From Candidatus Humimicrobium oleiphilum (GTDB lineage Bacteria; Actinomycetota; Humimicrobiia; Humimicrobiales; Humimicrobiaceae), in NCBI GenBank assembly GCA_002304935.1, contig DBPS01000047.1, positions 10,134 to 74,133 of the forward strand: DNA of 64,000 nt. Reading direction: 5' to 3'. Made by a program: the position numbers and the translations under genes. This document shows, piece after piece, positions 29,118-39,623 of this stretch. The notes beneath the pieces were generated by a model. It saw only the letters and a list, made by a program, of their open reading frames with translations. It was not told the origin of the DNA and searched no databases. Every line of letters begins with the position of its first letter. Position 1 is the stretch's first letter.

Positions 29118-32100
29118 GTGGCTCAAAAAAATTTCGTACATCTTCATCTTCACAGCGAATATTCCTTACTTGACGGAGCTGTCCGTATCAGAGATCTTGT
29201 AAAAAAGGTTTCAGAACTGGAAATGCCCGCTGTTGCTCTGACAGATCACGGAGTTATGTATGGAATAATAGATTTTTATAATAATTCAGTAAAGAGTGGC
29301 ATAAAACCTTTACTTGGCTGCGAAGTCTACATTGCACCAAACGGCAGGCTGGAAAAACAATTCAAAAAAAATGGCAATGAGGAAAATTTCTATCACCTTA
29401 CGCTGATTGCTGAAAACATTAAAGGCTATAAGAATCTGATGAAAATAGTAAGCAAAGGGTTTCTGGAAGGTTTTTATTACAAACCAAGAATAGATAAAGA
29501 GCTCCTAAGGGAAAACAGCGACGGCATTATTGCATTAAGCGGTTGCCTGAAAGGTGAAATATCAAAGGCATTTTCTTCCGGGAAAAAAGATAAGGCTCCC
29601 AGAATACTGAAAGATTACCAGGATATTTTTGGAAAAGACAATTTTTTTCTTGAGATACAGGATTCCGGCTTAAAGGAGCAGGAAGTAGTAAATAAAGCAA
29701 TATATGAGCTTTCAGGTTCATGTTCCGCACCTGTCGTAGCAACCAATGATGTTCATTACCTTAATGCTGAAGACAGCATCAATCATGACGTACTTTTATG
29801 CATACAGACCGGCTCTACAATCAATCAGGATAAAAGACTTAAGTTCTCAACAAACGAATATTATCTTAAAGACTATGGCAGAATGTCGCTTGCATTCAGG
29901 GATTTTCCGGGTTCAATAGAAAACACTTCGGAAATAGCACAAAGATGTAATCTTGAGTTAAAATTCAATCTGGATCTCATACCTCCTTTTGATGTTCCGG
30001 AAGGATTTACCCCGGACACTTATCTGGAAAAACTTTGTTTTGATAATCTTAAGGAAAAATACCCATTAATAAATGATGAAGTATTATCAAGGTTAAAAAT
30101 GGAACTGGATGTCATAAGAAAAATGGGTTTTTCGGAATACTTTCTTATAGTCTGGGATTTTGTCAAATTTGCTAAAGAAAATAATATAAGGGTCGGTCCC
30201 GGAAGAGGCAGTGCTGCAGGGAGTATTATATCTTATCTTCTGAATATTACTGAGATAGAGCCATTAAAATATGGCTTGCTTTTTGAAAGATTCTTAAATG
30301 AATCAAGAAAAAGCATGCCTGATATTGATATTGATTTTTGTTATGAGAAAAGAAATGAAGTAATCAAATATGTTACCAATAAATACGGACCAAGGAATGT
30401 GGCACAGCTTATAACTTTTGGCCGTATGGCTGCCAAACAGGCAATCAGAGATGCTGGCAGAGTACTTGAGGTTCCATATTCAGACGTTGATAAAATTGCA
30501 AAAATGGTGCCAAGCCAGCTTGATATCACAATTGATACTGCTCTTGAGATGTCGGTGGAATTAAAAGAAACATATGATAATAATGAAAAAATCAAAAAGG
30601 TAATCGATACTGCAAAATGGCTTGAAGGAATGATAAGGCAGGATTCAATTCATGCGGCAGGTATTGTTATTTCATCAGAAGAACTTTATAACTATACGCC
30701 TATCCAGAAAGAATCAGGAGATGATATAGTAACCCAGTACGAAATGGAGCATATTCAGTCTATCGGTCTTTTAAAGATGGATTTTCTGGGACTGAAAACG
30801 CTGTCTCTCATTGATAAGACCCTGTTTTTAATTGAAAAAGCAAAAAAAATCAAAGTTGACATAAATAATGTAGACCTTGAAGACAAAAAAACTTTTGAAA
30901 TGCTCGGAAAAGGCGAATGCCTGGGAGTTTTTCAGCTAGAAAGTTCCGGCATGAGAGATCTTGTAATAAAAATGAAGCCAACACAATTCGAAGATCTGAT
31001 AGCATTGCTTGCATTATACAGACCGGGACCTCTTCAAAGCGGAATGGTCAATGATTATATTGAAAACAAAAACAGTAAGAAAAAAATAAAATACATTCAT
31101 CAGAGCCTTGAACCTATTTTAAAAAGCACTTACGGAATGATACTTTATCAGGAACAGGTCATGCAGATAGCTTCAATATTTGCAGGTTTTAAAATGTCTG
31201 AGGCAGATATTCTCAGGGGAGCTATAAGCAAGAAGAAAAAAGAGCTTCTTGAAGAGCAAAGGATAAAATTTGTTAACGGAGCAAAAAATTTAAATAATGA
31301 CACTGATATTGCAGAGAAATTGTTTGATTTGATAAATCATTTTGCGCAATATGGATTTAATAAATCCCATAGTGCTGCATATGCAATGATTTCCTATCAG
31401 ACAGCTTATCTGAAAGCAAATTTCCCTGTCGAGTTTATGGCAGCTCTTTTAAGCATAAGGATGGGGAGCCAGGAAAAGGTATCCCAGTATATAAATGAGT
31501 GCAAGAGGATGGAAATAAAGGTGCTGCCACCTGATATAAATGACAGCTTCAGTGACTTTAAAGTCGTTGGCAATTCGATAAGGTTCGGTCTTTCTGCTAT
31601 CAAAAATGTGGGCCTGAATGTAATAGAAGCTATTCAGCAAGAAAGAAAACTAAAGGGCCAGTTCAAAGATTTTTACGATTTTTGCCTTAGAATTGACAAT
31701 AATGTTTTAAATAAAAAAACACTTGAGAGCCTTATAAAGGGCGGAGCTTTTGATTCATTAGGCCATACCCGTAAATTTCTTATGGATAATTTTGAAAAGA
31801 TCGTGGAGAAAGCACAAAAAATAAAAAAAGACAGAATGGCAGGACAGTTTTCGCTTTTTGGAGAATTACCTGAATCAGAAGAAACAGAAGGGATTGCAGA
31901 GTTCGGCGATATACTTGAAAGCAATGATGAATATGATGCAAGAGATATACTTAACTTTGAAAAGGAAATGCTGGGCCTTTATATCTCAAGCCATCCGCTG
32001 TCAGAATATGAAAATGCTCTTGCTGAATTACCACAGATATCTTCCCTGACGGAAAAAGACGATAATTCCATTCAGGGCATAGGAGGTATTATCACAAAAA

Positions 32101-32843
32101 TAAAAACAATTTACACCAAGAAAAATCAGTTAATGCATTTTATTACTTTTGAAGATAAAAGCGGAAGCCTGGAACTTGTAGTTTTTCCAAGAGTTGCTGA
32201 AGAATATAAAGATTTTATTGCAGAAGACAATATATTGAAGATAACAGGAAAACTTGATAAAAAAGAATTCAGGGAAGAGATAGAAGGAAAAGAGTTGCAG
32301 GCAGCTGAACCGATGATTGATGCAGACAGTGATTTTGAAGATATTGAAAAAGAAGAAGAATTCAGTACGAGATCGATAAATGAAGTCCGGAAAGAATCAA
32401 AAAAGAATTATGCCTTAAAGATAATTGTACAGAAAATAGAGAATCTTCAGAAAAATGGAAGTGGCAGTGTAAGTACAAATGAATCCGGGAGGCAGGACAT
32501 GGCAGAAAATGAGTTTATAAGTTATGCAGAAGAAGACGAAGAAAGTACAAATGAAGAAAATACTTATAAAAAAAACCAGGAAATAAAGACTGACAGAAAA
32601 GAAATAATCCTTAAAATGTATAAAGATTTTTTAACAAATTCTTTTATTGATGAACTTTATGAGCTTATAAGCATGCATAAGGGAAATACAAAAATAAATC
32701 TGCATGTTATGAAAATTAATTCTGAAAAGCATGCTGAACTGGAAAAGAAATTCACGCTTCCTGAAGATTTCAATGTTGAATTAAGTAATGCGTTCATTAC
32801 AGAGATAGAGAAAAAATTTGCGAATAAAATTGTAATTGAATAA
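29118..32843 (+). CDS. dnaE: DNA polymerase III alpha subunit
   Basis: 1241 aa. PHP domain (HLHLHSEYSLLDGA), palm and fingers, an OB fold and a low-complexity acidic C-terminal tail. The GTG start directly abuts the upstream TAA stop. Confidence 0.95.
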   Translation: MAQKNFVHLHLHSEYSLLDGAVRIRDLVKKVSELEMPAVALTDHGVMYGIIDFYNNSVKSGIKPLLGCEVYIAPNGRLEKQFKKNGNEENFYHLTLIAENIKGYKNLMKIVSKGFLEGFYYKPRIDKELLRENSDGIIALSGCLKGEISKAFSSGKKDKAPRILKDYQDIFGKDNFFLEIQDSGLKEQEVVNKAIYELSGSCSAPVVATNDVHYLNAEDSINHDVLLCIQTGSTINQDKRLKFSTNEYYLKDYGRMSLAFRDFPGSIENTSEIAQRCNLELKFNLDLIPPFDVPEGFTPDTYLEKLCFDNLKEKYPLINDEVLSRLKMELDVIRKMGFSEYFLIVWDFVKFAKENNIRVGPGRGSAAGSIISYLLNITEIEPLKYGLLFERFLNESRKSMPDIDIDFCYEKRNEVIKYVTNKYGPRNVAQLITFGRMAAKQAIRDAGRVLEVPYSDVDKIAKMVPSQLDITIDTALEMSVELKETYDNNEKIKKVIDTAKWLEGMIRQDSIHAAGIVISSEELYNYTPIQKESGDDIVTQYEMEHIQSIGLLKMDFLGLKTLSLIDKTLFLIEKAKKIKVDINNVDLEDKKTFEMLGKGECLGVFQLESSGMRDLVIKMKPTQFEDLIALLALYRPGPLQSGMVNDYIENKNSKKKIKYIHQSLEPILKSTYGMILYQEQVMQIASIFAGFKMSEADILRGAISKKKKELLEEQRIKFVNGAKNLNNDTDIAEKLFDLINHFAQYGFNKSHSAAYAMISYQTAYLKANFPVEFMAALLSIRMGSQEKVSQYINECKRMEIKVLPPDINDSFSDFKVVGNSIRFGLSAIKNVGLNVIEAIQQERKLKGQFKDFYDFCLRIDNNVLNKKTLESLIKGGAFDSLGHTRKFLMDNFEKIVEKAQKIKKDRMAGQFSLFGELPESEETEGIAEFGDILESNDEYDARDILNFEKEMLGLYISSHPLSEYENALAELPQISSLTEKDDNSIQGIGGIITKIKTIYTKKNQLMHFITFEDKSGSLELVVFPRVAEEYKDFIAEDNILKITGKLDKKEFREEIEGKELQAAEPMIDADSDFEDIEKEEEFSTRSINEVRKESKKNYALKIIVQKIENLQKNGSGSVSTNESGRQDMAENEFISYAEEDEESTNEENTYKKNQEIKTDRKEIILKMYKDFLTNSFIDELYELISMHKGNTKINLHVMKINSEKHAELEKKFTLPEDFNVELSNAFITEIEKKFANKIVIE

Positions 32844-32881
32844 AAACTTTTTATCGATTTTAATAATAATAATAAAACAAA

Positions 32882-32890
32882 TGATATAAT
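32882..32890 (+). promoter_or_regulatory. TG-extended -10 (TGATATAAT) for the his operon
   Basis: Lies about 70 nt upstream of the hisZ ATG. Confidence 0.4.
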
Positions 32891-32958
32891 GATTTTTTCA
32901 ATTATAATTTTTTAAAGAATAGTTATAAATATTTATCAAATAAAACTAAACATTTTTT

Positions 32959-34239
32959 ATGTTTGAAAAAGAAAACAAACTTGATGAAAAACTTCCGGCA
33001 GGTTTCAGGGATATATTTCCTACAGAATCTGAGGAAAGAAATTCAATAAAGGCCATAATAAAAAAAGAATTTGAATTATGGGGCTATGGAGAAATCAAAA
33101 CTCCTGTTGTTGAATTTACTAAAAATATTTCTGAAGGAGTAGGGAAAAACTGGAAAAACAAACTAATTAATTTTTTCGATTCCGATGGAAGCCTGGTTTC
33201 CCTGAGAACAGATATGACAATTCCTATTGCACGATTTACTGCAATGAGGATGAAAAAAAACCAGCTTCCTGCAAGATTTTGTTATTTTGCAAATTCATTC
33301 AGAAAGTCCACTGGCCAGAAAGGTGAAAAAAGGGAATACAATCAGGCTGGCCTGGAGTTTATAGGTTCCTCGTCCTATATGTGCGATACTGAAACGCTTT
33401 TGATCCTGGTAAAAATGTTAAAAAAAATGATACCCGGTAATTTCCTTATAGGGCTTGGAAGCACAGAAATGCTCAGCCTTCTATGTAACTGGATTGATCT
33501 GGCAGAACAGGGAAAAGCTATTATAAAAAATAATCTTATAAACAAGAATTATGTGGCTTTGGGAGATTATCTTGAAAAACAAAATCCGTTAAAAAAAGAA
33601 CTTTTTTTAAAAATAATCAAACCTGTAAATGATTTATCATTACTGGAAAATATGATAAACAAAACTGAATCTGAAGAGTTAATCAGTGGATTTTCAAGAT
33701 TCAAGAAAATTTTTTCCATACTATGCGAAGCAGGTAATAAAGAATATTTTATAGCAAATTTTGGTATTTTAAGAGATTTTGATTACTATACAGGGATAAT
33801 ATACGAAGTATATTCTTCAAATATTAATTCAATCATTGGCAGCGGGGGAAGATACGACAAGCTTATAAAAAAATTCGGCCTGGATGTACCGGCAACTGGT
33901 TTTGCTCTAGATATAGATCTTCTGCACAAATCTATTAAAGAATCAACTGCCATTATAAATAAAAAACTATTAAGGATATTTCTTTCATCAAAGAATAAGG
34001 ATTTTTTAAAAACAATTAAATTTGCTGAAATTTTACGTAAGGAAGGCATAGCTGTCGAGCTTGATTATAATGATTCTGCCAGTAAAATAAATTTTCTTAG
34101 AGATAAAAAAGTTGATTTTTTTATTATTATTGACGAAACTTTTAAGGAAGTTGAAATAACCGATATTTCCAGTGAAAAAATATTTATAAAAGAACTAAAA
34201 AATTTAAAGGATTTTTTGCTTAATGAGAGAAACGCTTAA
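32959..34239 (+). CDS. hisZ: ATP phosphoribosyltransferase regulatory subunit (HisRS paralog)
   Basis: 426 aa class-II aaRS-like core lacking an anticodon-binding domain. It precedes a short-form hisG. Confidence 0.8.
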   Translation: MFEKENKLDEKLPAGFRDIFPTESEERNSIKAIIKKEFELWGYGEIKTPVVEFTKNISEGVGKNWKNKLINFFDSDGSLVSLRTDMTIPIARFTAMRMKKNQLPARFCYFANSFRKSTGQKGEKREYNQAGLEFIGSSSYMCDTETLLILVKMLKKMIPGNFLIGLGSTEMLSLLCNWIDLAEQGKAIIKNNLINKNYVALGDYLEKQNPLKKELFLKIIKPVNDLSLLENMINKTESEELISGFSRFKKIFSILCEAGNKEYFIANFGILRDFDYYTGIIYEVYSSNINSIIGSGGRYDKLIKKFGLDVPATGFALDIDLLHKSIKESTAIINKKLLRIFLSSKNKDFLKTIKFAEILRKEGIAVELDYNDSASKINFLRDKKVDFFIIIDETFKEVEITDISSEKIFIKELKNLKDFLLNERNA

Positions 34240-34870
34240 CATTGCTGTCCCGAAAGGATATCTGTTTAAAGAAACAATTCATATTCTGGAAAAGTGCGGT
34301 TATGATACTGACTGCTTTAATGACAATGACAGGAAGTTATTTTTTTATTCTGAAATAAATAATTTTAAATATGTCATTACCAGACCGATGGATGTTCCCG
34401 TATATGTCGAGCATGGAGCCTGTGATATAGGTTTTGTCGGCAAAGACGTTCTCCTTGAAAATGAATGCAGTGTTTTTGAACTTCTTGACCTTGGTAACGG
34501 AAGATGCAGGATGATACTTGCGACCCAGAAAAATTGTATCGATGATGTAAAAAGAAGATATGAGCATTTTGGAACTGTAAGAATTGCTACCAAATATCCC
34601 AACATTGCAAAAAAGTACTTTGAAAAAAAAGGAATGCAGGTTGAAATAATAAAACTTTATGGTTCAGTCGAACTTGCGCCTCTTCTTGGAATTGCTGACG
34701 AGATATTGGATATCACTGCTTCAGGTAAAACTCTTGCAGAGAATGATCTCGTCGAGATGGAAAATGTTGTAGAATCTACAACAAGGCTGATAGCAAATGA
34801 AGTCAGCTACAGAATAAAAAATGAAATCATAGAAGACATAATTAATAAAATAAAAAAGGTAATAAAATAG
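34223..34870 (+). CDS. hisG: ATP phosphoribosyltransferase, short form
   Basis: 215 aa (MRETLNIAVPKGYL...) and overlaps hisZ by 17 nt. Confidence 0.9.
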   Translation: MRETLNIAVPKGYLFKETIHILEKCGYDTDCFNDNDRKLFFYSEINNFKYVITRPMDVPVYVEHGACDIGFVGKDVLLENECSVFELLDLGNGRCRMILATQKNCIDDVKRRYEHFGTVRIATKYPNIAKKYFEKKGMQVEIIKLYGSVELAPLLGIADEILDITASGKTLAENDLVEMENVVESTTRLIANEVSYRIKNEIIEDIINKIKKVIK

Positions 34871-34872
34871 GC

Positions 34873-35457
34873 ATGGAAAGAAAAGCAAAAATCATAAGGG
34901 AAACAAAAGAAACCGGGATTGAGCTTGAGTTTAAACTGGACGGCAGCGGTATAGCTGATATTGATACGCAGAATGGTTTTTTAGATCATATTCTATACAG
35001 TTTTGCCAAACATGGAAAATTTGATATAAAAATCAAAGCAAAAGGGGATATCGAGACAGGGTCTCATCATCTTGTCGAGGATATAGGGATATGCCTTGGC
35101 AAAGCAATAAATGAATCTCTTGGCGACAAGAAAGGAATTGAAAGATTTGCTTTTTTTATTTTGCCAATGGACGAAGCCCGCGTAACTGTTTCTCTTGATT
35201 TGGGAGGAAGAGCTTTTTTAAATTTTGATGCAGATATGCCTTATGCAGTTATGGAAGGGTTTGAATCAATAATAGTAAGGGATTTTTTTGAAGCACTTGT
35301 CAGCAATTCCTTTGTCAATCTTCATATAAAAAAGGATTCAGGTATTAATCCGCATCATATAATCGAAGCTATTTTTAAAGCTTTTGGTAAGGCACTCTGT
35401 ATTGCATCCAGGATAACGGGAAATAATGATATTCCTTCCACAAAGGGGATGCTTTAA
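34873..35457 (+). CDS. hisB: Imidazoleglycerol-phosphate dehydratase
   Basis: 194 aa with IGPD motifs (HH..ED). Confidence 0.9.
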   Translation: MERKAKIIRETKETGIELEFKLDGSGIADIDTQNGFLDHILYSFAKHGKFDIKIKAKGDIETGSHHLVEDIGICLGKAINESLGDKKGIERFAFFILPMDEARVTVSLDLGGRAFLNFDADMPYAVMEGFESIIVRDFFEALVSNSFVNLHIKKDSGINPHHIIEAIFKAFGKALCIASRITGNNDIPSTKGML

Positions 35458-35471
35458 AACATAAAAACATT

Positions 35472-36095
35472 ATGGTAAAGAAATATATAGCAGTAATAGA
35501 TTATAATGCCGGAAATATTAAAAGTGTTTCAAACGCATTTGCCAGACTCGGAGCTAATATAGAAGTCACAAATAATCCAAAAATAATCAGCAACTCTTCA
35601 GCGATTATTTTGCCGGGAGTCGGTTCATTTGGTGATGCCGTGAAAAATCTTGAAGCATTCAGGCTTGTTGATATTTTAAAAAAAGAGATAAAATCCAAAC
35701 CTTTTCTTGGGATATGCCTTGGGCTTCAGCTTCTTTTTGAACATAGCAGCGAGCAGGGTTTTTATGAAGGTCTGGGAATATTTAAAGGGGAAATACAGAA
35801 AATCCCTTCAGAAGGAGTAAAAATACCGCATATGGGATGGAATCAGATAAGTCTTGAAAAACCTCATAGTCGTCTTTTCAAAGATATGGGAAATTTTGTT
35901 AATTTTTATTTCGTTCATTCATATCATGTGGTCTGCAGGGAAAACGAGATAATCAGCAGCACCACAGATTATGGTATCAAAATAACGGCAAGTGTGGAAA
36001 AAGATAATATATTTGCAGTCCAGTTCCATCCTGAGAAAAGCAGTATGGCAGGGATGAAAGTTCTGCAGAATTTTTTGGAATTTGTTAATATCTGA
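35472..36095 (+). CDS. hisH: Imidazole glycerol phosphate synthase glutaminase subunit
   Basis: Class I GATase with GICLGLQ and a catalytic His and Glu near the C-terminus. Confidence 0.9.
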   Translation: MVKKYIAVIDYNAGNIKSVSNAFARLGANIEVTNNPKIISNSSAIILPGVGSFGDAVKNLEAFRLVDILKKEIKSKPFLGICLGLQLLFEHSSEQGFYEGLGIFKGEIQKIPSEGVKIPHMGWNQISLEKPHSRLFKDMGNFVNFYFVHSYHVVCRENEIISSTTDYGIKITASVEKDNIFAVQFHPEKSSMAGMKVLQNFLEFVNI

Positions 36096-36097
36096 TT

Positions 36098-36835
36098 ATG
36101 GAAATAATACCTGCAATAGATATAATCGATGGAAAATGTGTAAGACTTTTTCAGGGTGATTATGAAAAAGTAAGCAGTTATTCTTATTCTCCTTTGGAAG
36201 TAGCTTTCAGGTGGAGGGATATGGGTGCCAGATGGATTCATCTTATAGACCTGGATGGTGCAAAAGAAGGAAAACCAGTCAATATGGATACTGCTGTGCT
36301 TATTAAAAAAGAAGTAGATATAAAACTGGAATATGGAGGAGGAATAAGGACTCTTAGAGATGTAAAAGCTCTTGCTGAAAAAGGAATTGACCGACTGATT
36401 GTTTCCACAAAAGCTTTGGAAGATTTTGGATTCATTGAAAAAGCCAATGCTTTGTCAGGTAATAAGATTATAATAAGTCTTGATTTCAACAAAGAGGGAA
36501 TAATCCTTAAAAAAGGATGGCTTGACCAGTCTGATTATAATGTGGTGGATTATGGTAAAAAGATTTTCCAGGCGGGAATCAAAGAGGTGATTATAACTGA
36601 TATTTCAAAAGACGGAACACTTGAAGGCGTAAACAGAAAAATAATAAAGGATTTTGTAAAGTCCACCGGGCTTAATGTATATATAGCGGGCGGTATCAGT
36701 AAAATCGAAGATATTGCTTATCTGAAAGAACTTGAAAGCCTGGGGGTAAAGGGTGCAGTCATTGGCAAAGCTCTTTATGAGAATAAAATTGATTTAAGAG
36801 AAGCAATAAGGATGGTAAACGAAAATGATAACTAA
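36098..36835 (+). CDS. hisA: ProFAR isomerase
   Basis: (beta/alpha)8 fold with [15 protein letters not shown]. Confidence 0.9.
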   Translation: MEIIPAIDIIDGKCVRLFQGDYEKVSSYSYSPLEVAFRWRDMGARWIHLIDLDGAKEGKPVNMDTAVLIKKEVDIKLEYGGGIRTLRDVKALAEKGIDRLIVSTKALEDFGFIEKANALSGNKIIISLDFNKEGIILKKGWLDQSDYNVVDYGKKIFQAGIKEVIITDISKDGTLEGVNRKIIKDFVKSTGLNVYIAGGISKIEDIAYLKELESLGVKGAVIGKALYENKIDLREAIRMVNENDN

Positions 36836-37583
36836 GAGAATAATTCCATGTCTGGATGTAAATAAAGGCAGGGTTGTCAAAGGTGTAAGTTTTGTTAATC
36901 TGCAGGATGCAGGTGATCCGGTAGAGCTTGCAGCTTATTATGACAGAGAGGGTGCGGATGAAATAGTATTTCTTGACATAACTGCGTCCCATGAAAAAAG
37001 GAAGACAGTGGTTGAGCTTGCAAGCAAAACTGCAGAAAAAGTCTTTATTCCATACACTATTGGCGGCGGTATAAATAACATAGAAGACATGAGAGAGATA
37101 TTAAAAAAAGGGGCTGACAAGATATCCATTAATACTTCTGCAGTAGAAAATCCGGATCTTATCAGGAAAGGTGCTGGCATATTTGGAAGCCAGTGCATAG
37201 TGGTTGCAATAGATGCAAAGAAAAAAGATGATAATTCCTGGGAAGTCTATACTCATGGCGGCCGCAATGCTACAGGTCTGGATGTTCTTGAATGGTCCAG
37301 GGAAGTTGAAAGGCTTGGAGCCGGGGAAATACTGCTGACAAGTATGGATAAAGACGGAAAAAAAGACGGCTATGATATTGAACTTACAAAAACCGTAACG
37401 TCGGGTGTTAATATTCCCGTGATAGCTTCAGGTGGAGCGGGAAATCTTGAGCATCTGAAAGACGCAATTTTAATGGGTGGAGCAGATGCGGTACTTGTTG
37501 CTTCCATTTTCCATTATGGACAATATACAATAAAGCAGGCAAAAGAATATCTAAGAAGCGAAGGAATTGAAGTCAGATTATAA
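36825..37583 (+). CDS. hisF: Imidazole glycerol phosphate synthase cyclase subunit
   Basis: [14 protein letters not shown]... Confidence 0.93.
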   Translation: MITKRIIPCLDVNKGRVVKGVSFVNLQDAGDPVELAAYYDREGADEIVFLDITASHEKRKTVVELASKTAEKVFIPYTIGGGINNIEDMREILKKGADKISINTSAVENPDLIRKGAGIFGSQCIVVAIDAKKKDDNSWEVYTHGGRNATGLDVLEWSREVERLGAGEILLTSMDKDGKKDGYDIELTKTVTSGVNIPVIASGGAGNLEHLKDAILMGGADAVLVASIFHYGQYTIKQAKEYLRSEGIEVRL

Positions 37584-37604
37584 TTTTAATTTTTTGGAGA
37601 AAAT

Positions 37605-38345
37605 ATGAAAAAAGCAGCTGGTGGTCCTAAAAGCATAATTAATGAAAGCAACTTATCAGAAAACCAGAAAAGTGTTAAAGACAGATATCTTATTCCGGCT
37701 ATAATCCAGGATGCTGATACCAAAGAAATACTTATGCTTGCATTTATGAACAGGGAATCATTTATTAAAAGCCTCCAGACCGGATATACATGGTTTTACA
37801 GCCGGGAAAGAAAATGCTTGTGGAATAAAGGAGAAAGTTCAGGCAATTTTCAGAAAATCATAAAAATATTTACAGATTGTGATAATGATTCACTTGTATT
37901 TCAGGTAAAACAGAAAGGTGCTGCCTGTCATACAGGAAATAAAAGCTGTTTCTTTAATGAAGTAGAATCTGGCAAGGCAGATGATTTCAATTCTCTGAGC
38001 GATAAATTAAACTACGGAAATTATCTTGGAATATATGATATACCGGAAGAAGAATCGGGAGAATCTATTTTGTTTCTGGAAGATCTGTACGATATTGTCT
38101 CTGAAAGAATAAAAGGAAAGTCAGAAAAATCATACACTTATGAATTGCATAAAAAAGGAATACCTGAAATATTGAAGAAAGTTGGAGAAGAAAGCATTGA
38201 AATCATTCTTGCTTCAGCTGTACAGGACAAGAAGCAATTGATTTATGAAATAGCTGATCTGCTATACCATCTTACCGTGCTGATATTTGAGAAAAAAATA
38301 AAATATGAAGAAATAATGAATGAATTAAAATCCCGACATAAATAA
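37605..38345 (+). CDS. hisI: Bifunctional phosphoribosyl-AMP cyclohydrolase / phosphoribosyl-ATP pyrophosphatase
   Basis: An N-terminal HisI domain (cysteine metal site CHTGNKSCFF) and a C-terminal HisE (MazG-like). Confidence 0.85.
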   Translation: MKKAAGGPKSIINESNLSENQKSVKDRYLIPAIIQDADTKEILMLAFMNRESFIKSLQTGYTWFYSRERKCLWNKGESSGNFQKIIKIFTDCDNDSLVFQVKQKGAACHTGNKSCFFNEVESGKADDFNSLSDKLNYGNYLGIYDIPEEESGESILFLEDLYDIVSERIKGKSEKSYTYELHKKGIPEILKKVGEESIEIILASAVQDKKQLIYEIADLLYHLTVLIFEKKIKYEEIMNELKSRHK

Positions 38346-38375
38346 TACAAGAAATGTTTTGGGTAAGGAGGGACT

Positions 38376-39344
38376 TTGCAGAATAATGTTAGAAAAATAG
38401 GAATATTGACAAGCGGCGGAGATGCAAGCGGTATGAACGCTGCAATAAGGGCTGCCGTAAGATATGCAATATACAAAAAGATTGAAGTTTGTGGCTATTA
38501 TGAAGGATTTAAAGGCCTGATAAATAATAATTATAAGGTTCTTTCAAATAATTCTGTTGGTGGAATAATTGACAGAGGGGGTACTTTTCTCTACACAGCA
38601 AGATCAGAATTATTTAAAACCAGGGAAGGTCTGCTTAAAGCTAAAAAAAACCTTCAGGAAAATTCAATCGATGCCCTGATTGTTATTGGCGGAGACGGTT
38701 CTTTCAAAGGGGCAAGAGATTTAAGCGAGCTGGGAGTAAAAGTTGTAGGTATTCCGGCTACCATTGATAATGATATTTATGGAACTGACCTAAGCCTGGG
38801 TTTTGATACAGCTTTAAATGTGATAATCAGTCTCATATCAAAAATAAGGGATACTGCCTCTTCTCATGAAAGAATATTTGTGATAGAAGTCATGGGAAGG
38901 AATTCAGGTGAGCTTGCAATAAGGTCAGGTCTTGCCTGCGGTTCTGATTATATTCTGATTCCAGAGATAAAAGTAGACCTTGTAAAGATATCGAATGAAA
39001 TAAAAAACCATAGGGAAGGTAAAAGACATACACTTCTGATTGTAGCGGAAGGTGCCGCCAAGGCAGAAGAGGTTGCTTCTTCCATAAAGCTTCTGGTAGA
39101 TCATGAAGTGAGGTTTTCTGTTCTTGGCCATATTCAGAGAGGTGGCTCCCCAAGTGCGGTAGACAGGGTTCTTGCTGCACAGTTTGCTAAAGAAGCGATT
39201 GATTTTTTAGCTTCAGGGGGGACTAATGCAATGACTGCCATACAAAATAATAATATATGCATTGTAGATTTTAAGGAAGTTTTCTCCAGGCCCAAAGCCA
39301 TCGATAAAGAACTTTATGATTACAGCCACATCCTGGCAATATAG
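38376..39344 (+). CDS. pfkA: ATP-dependent 6-phosphofructokinase
   Basis: 322 aa with GGDGS (ATP-type), PATIDNDI and MGR. Confidence 0.9.
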   Translation: MQNNVRKIGILTSGGDASGMNAAIRAAVRYAIYKKIEVCGYYEGFKGLINNNYKVLSNNSVGGIIDRGGTFLYTARSELFKTREGLLKAKKNLQENSIDALIVIGGDGSFKGARDLSELGVKVVGIPATIDNDIYGTDLSLGFDTALNVIISLISKIRDTASSHERIFVIEVMGRNSGELAIRSGLACGSDYILIPEIKVDLVKISNEIKNHREGKRHTLLIVAEGAAKAEEVASSIKLLVDHEVRFSVLGHIQRGGSPSAVDRVLAAQFAKEAIDFLASGGTNAMTAIQNNNICIVDFKEVFSRPKAIDKELYDYSHILAI

Positions 39345-39510
39345 TTAATCTCTAAAACTTTGAAACAGACAGAAGAAATGTTTTATCACTATATAAAAGC
39401 CGGTTATTTATATTATTATGAAAAGAATTAATTTATTTCTGATTGCCTGTTAAGAGATGTCTGTTCTTGAGGATATTCAGCGAAAGGCACTGAATGATTT
39501 TAAAAGGTTT

Positions 39511-39560
39511 AATCCTTAAATTTTCAAAAAAATTTAAGGATTAAAATAAAATGATATAAT
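39511..39560 (+). promoter_or_regulatory. 13-bp perfect inverted repeat (candidate repressor operator) placed at the -35 position of a TG-extended -10 (TGATATAAT) promoter for the OsmC/Ohr gene
   Basis: aatccttaaattt-N6-aaatttaaggatt (39511-39542), then TGATATAAT (39552-39560), a GAGGGGAG RBS and ATG at 39624. Confidence 0.5.
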
Positions 39561-39623
39561 TTCCAAGACAGATTTATATTGAAGACGATTTATATTAATA
39601 GCTATAAGAGGGGAGAAATAAAA

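Noticed and set aside
32300-32843. The dnaE C-terminal extension of about 100 aa as an intein or fused extra domain
   Set aside because: There are no intein splice motifs (no C/S...HN-C/S/T blocks). The sequence is acidic and low-complexity, so it looks like a lineage-specific tail rather than an inserted element.
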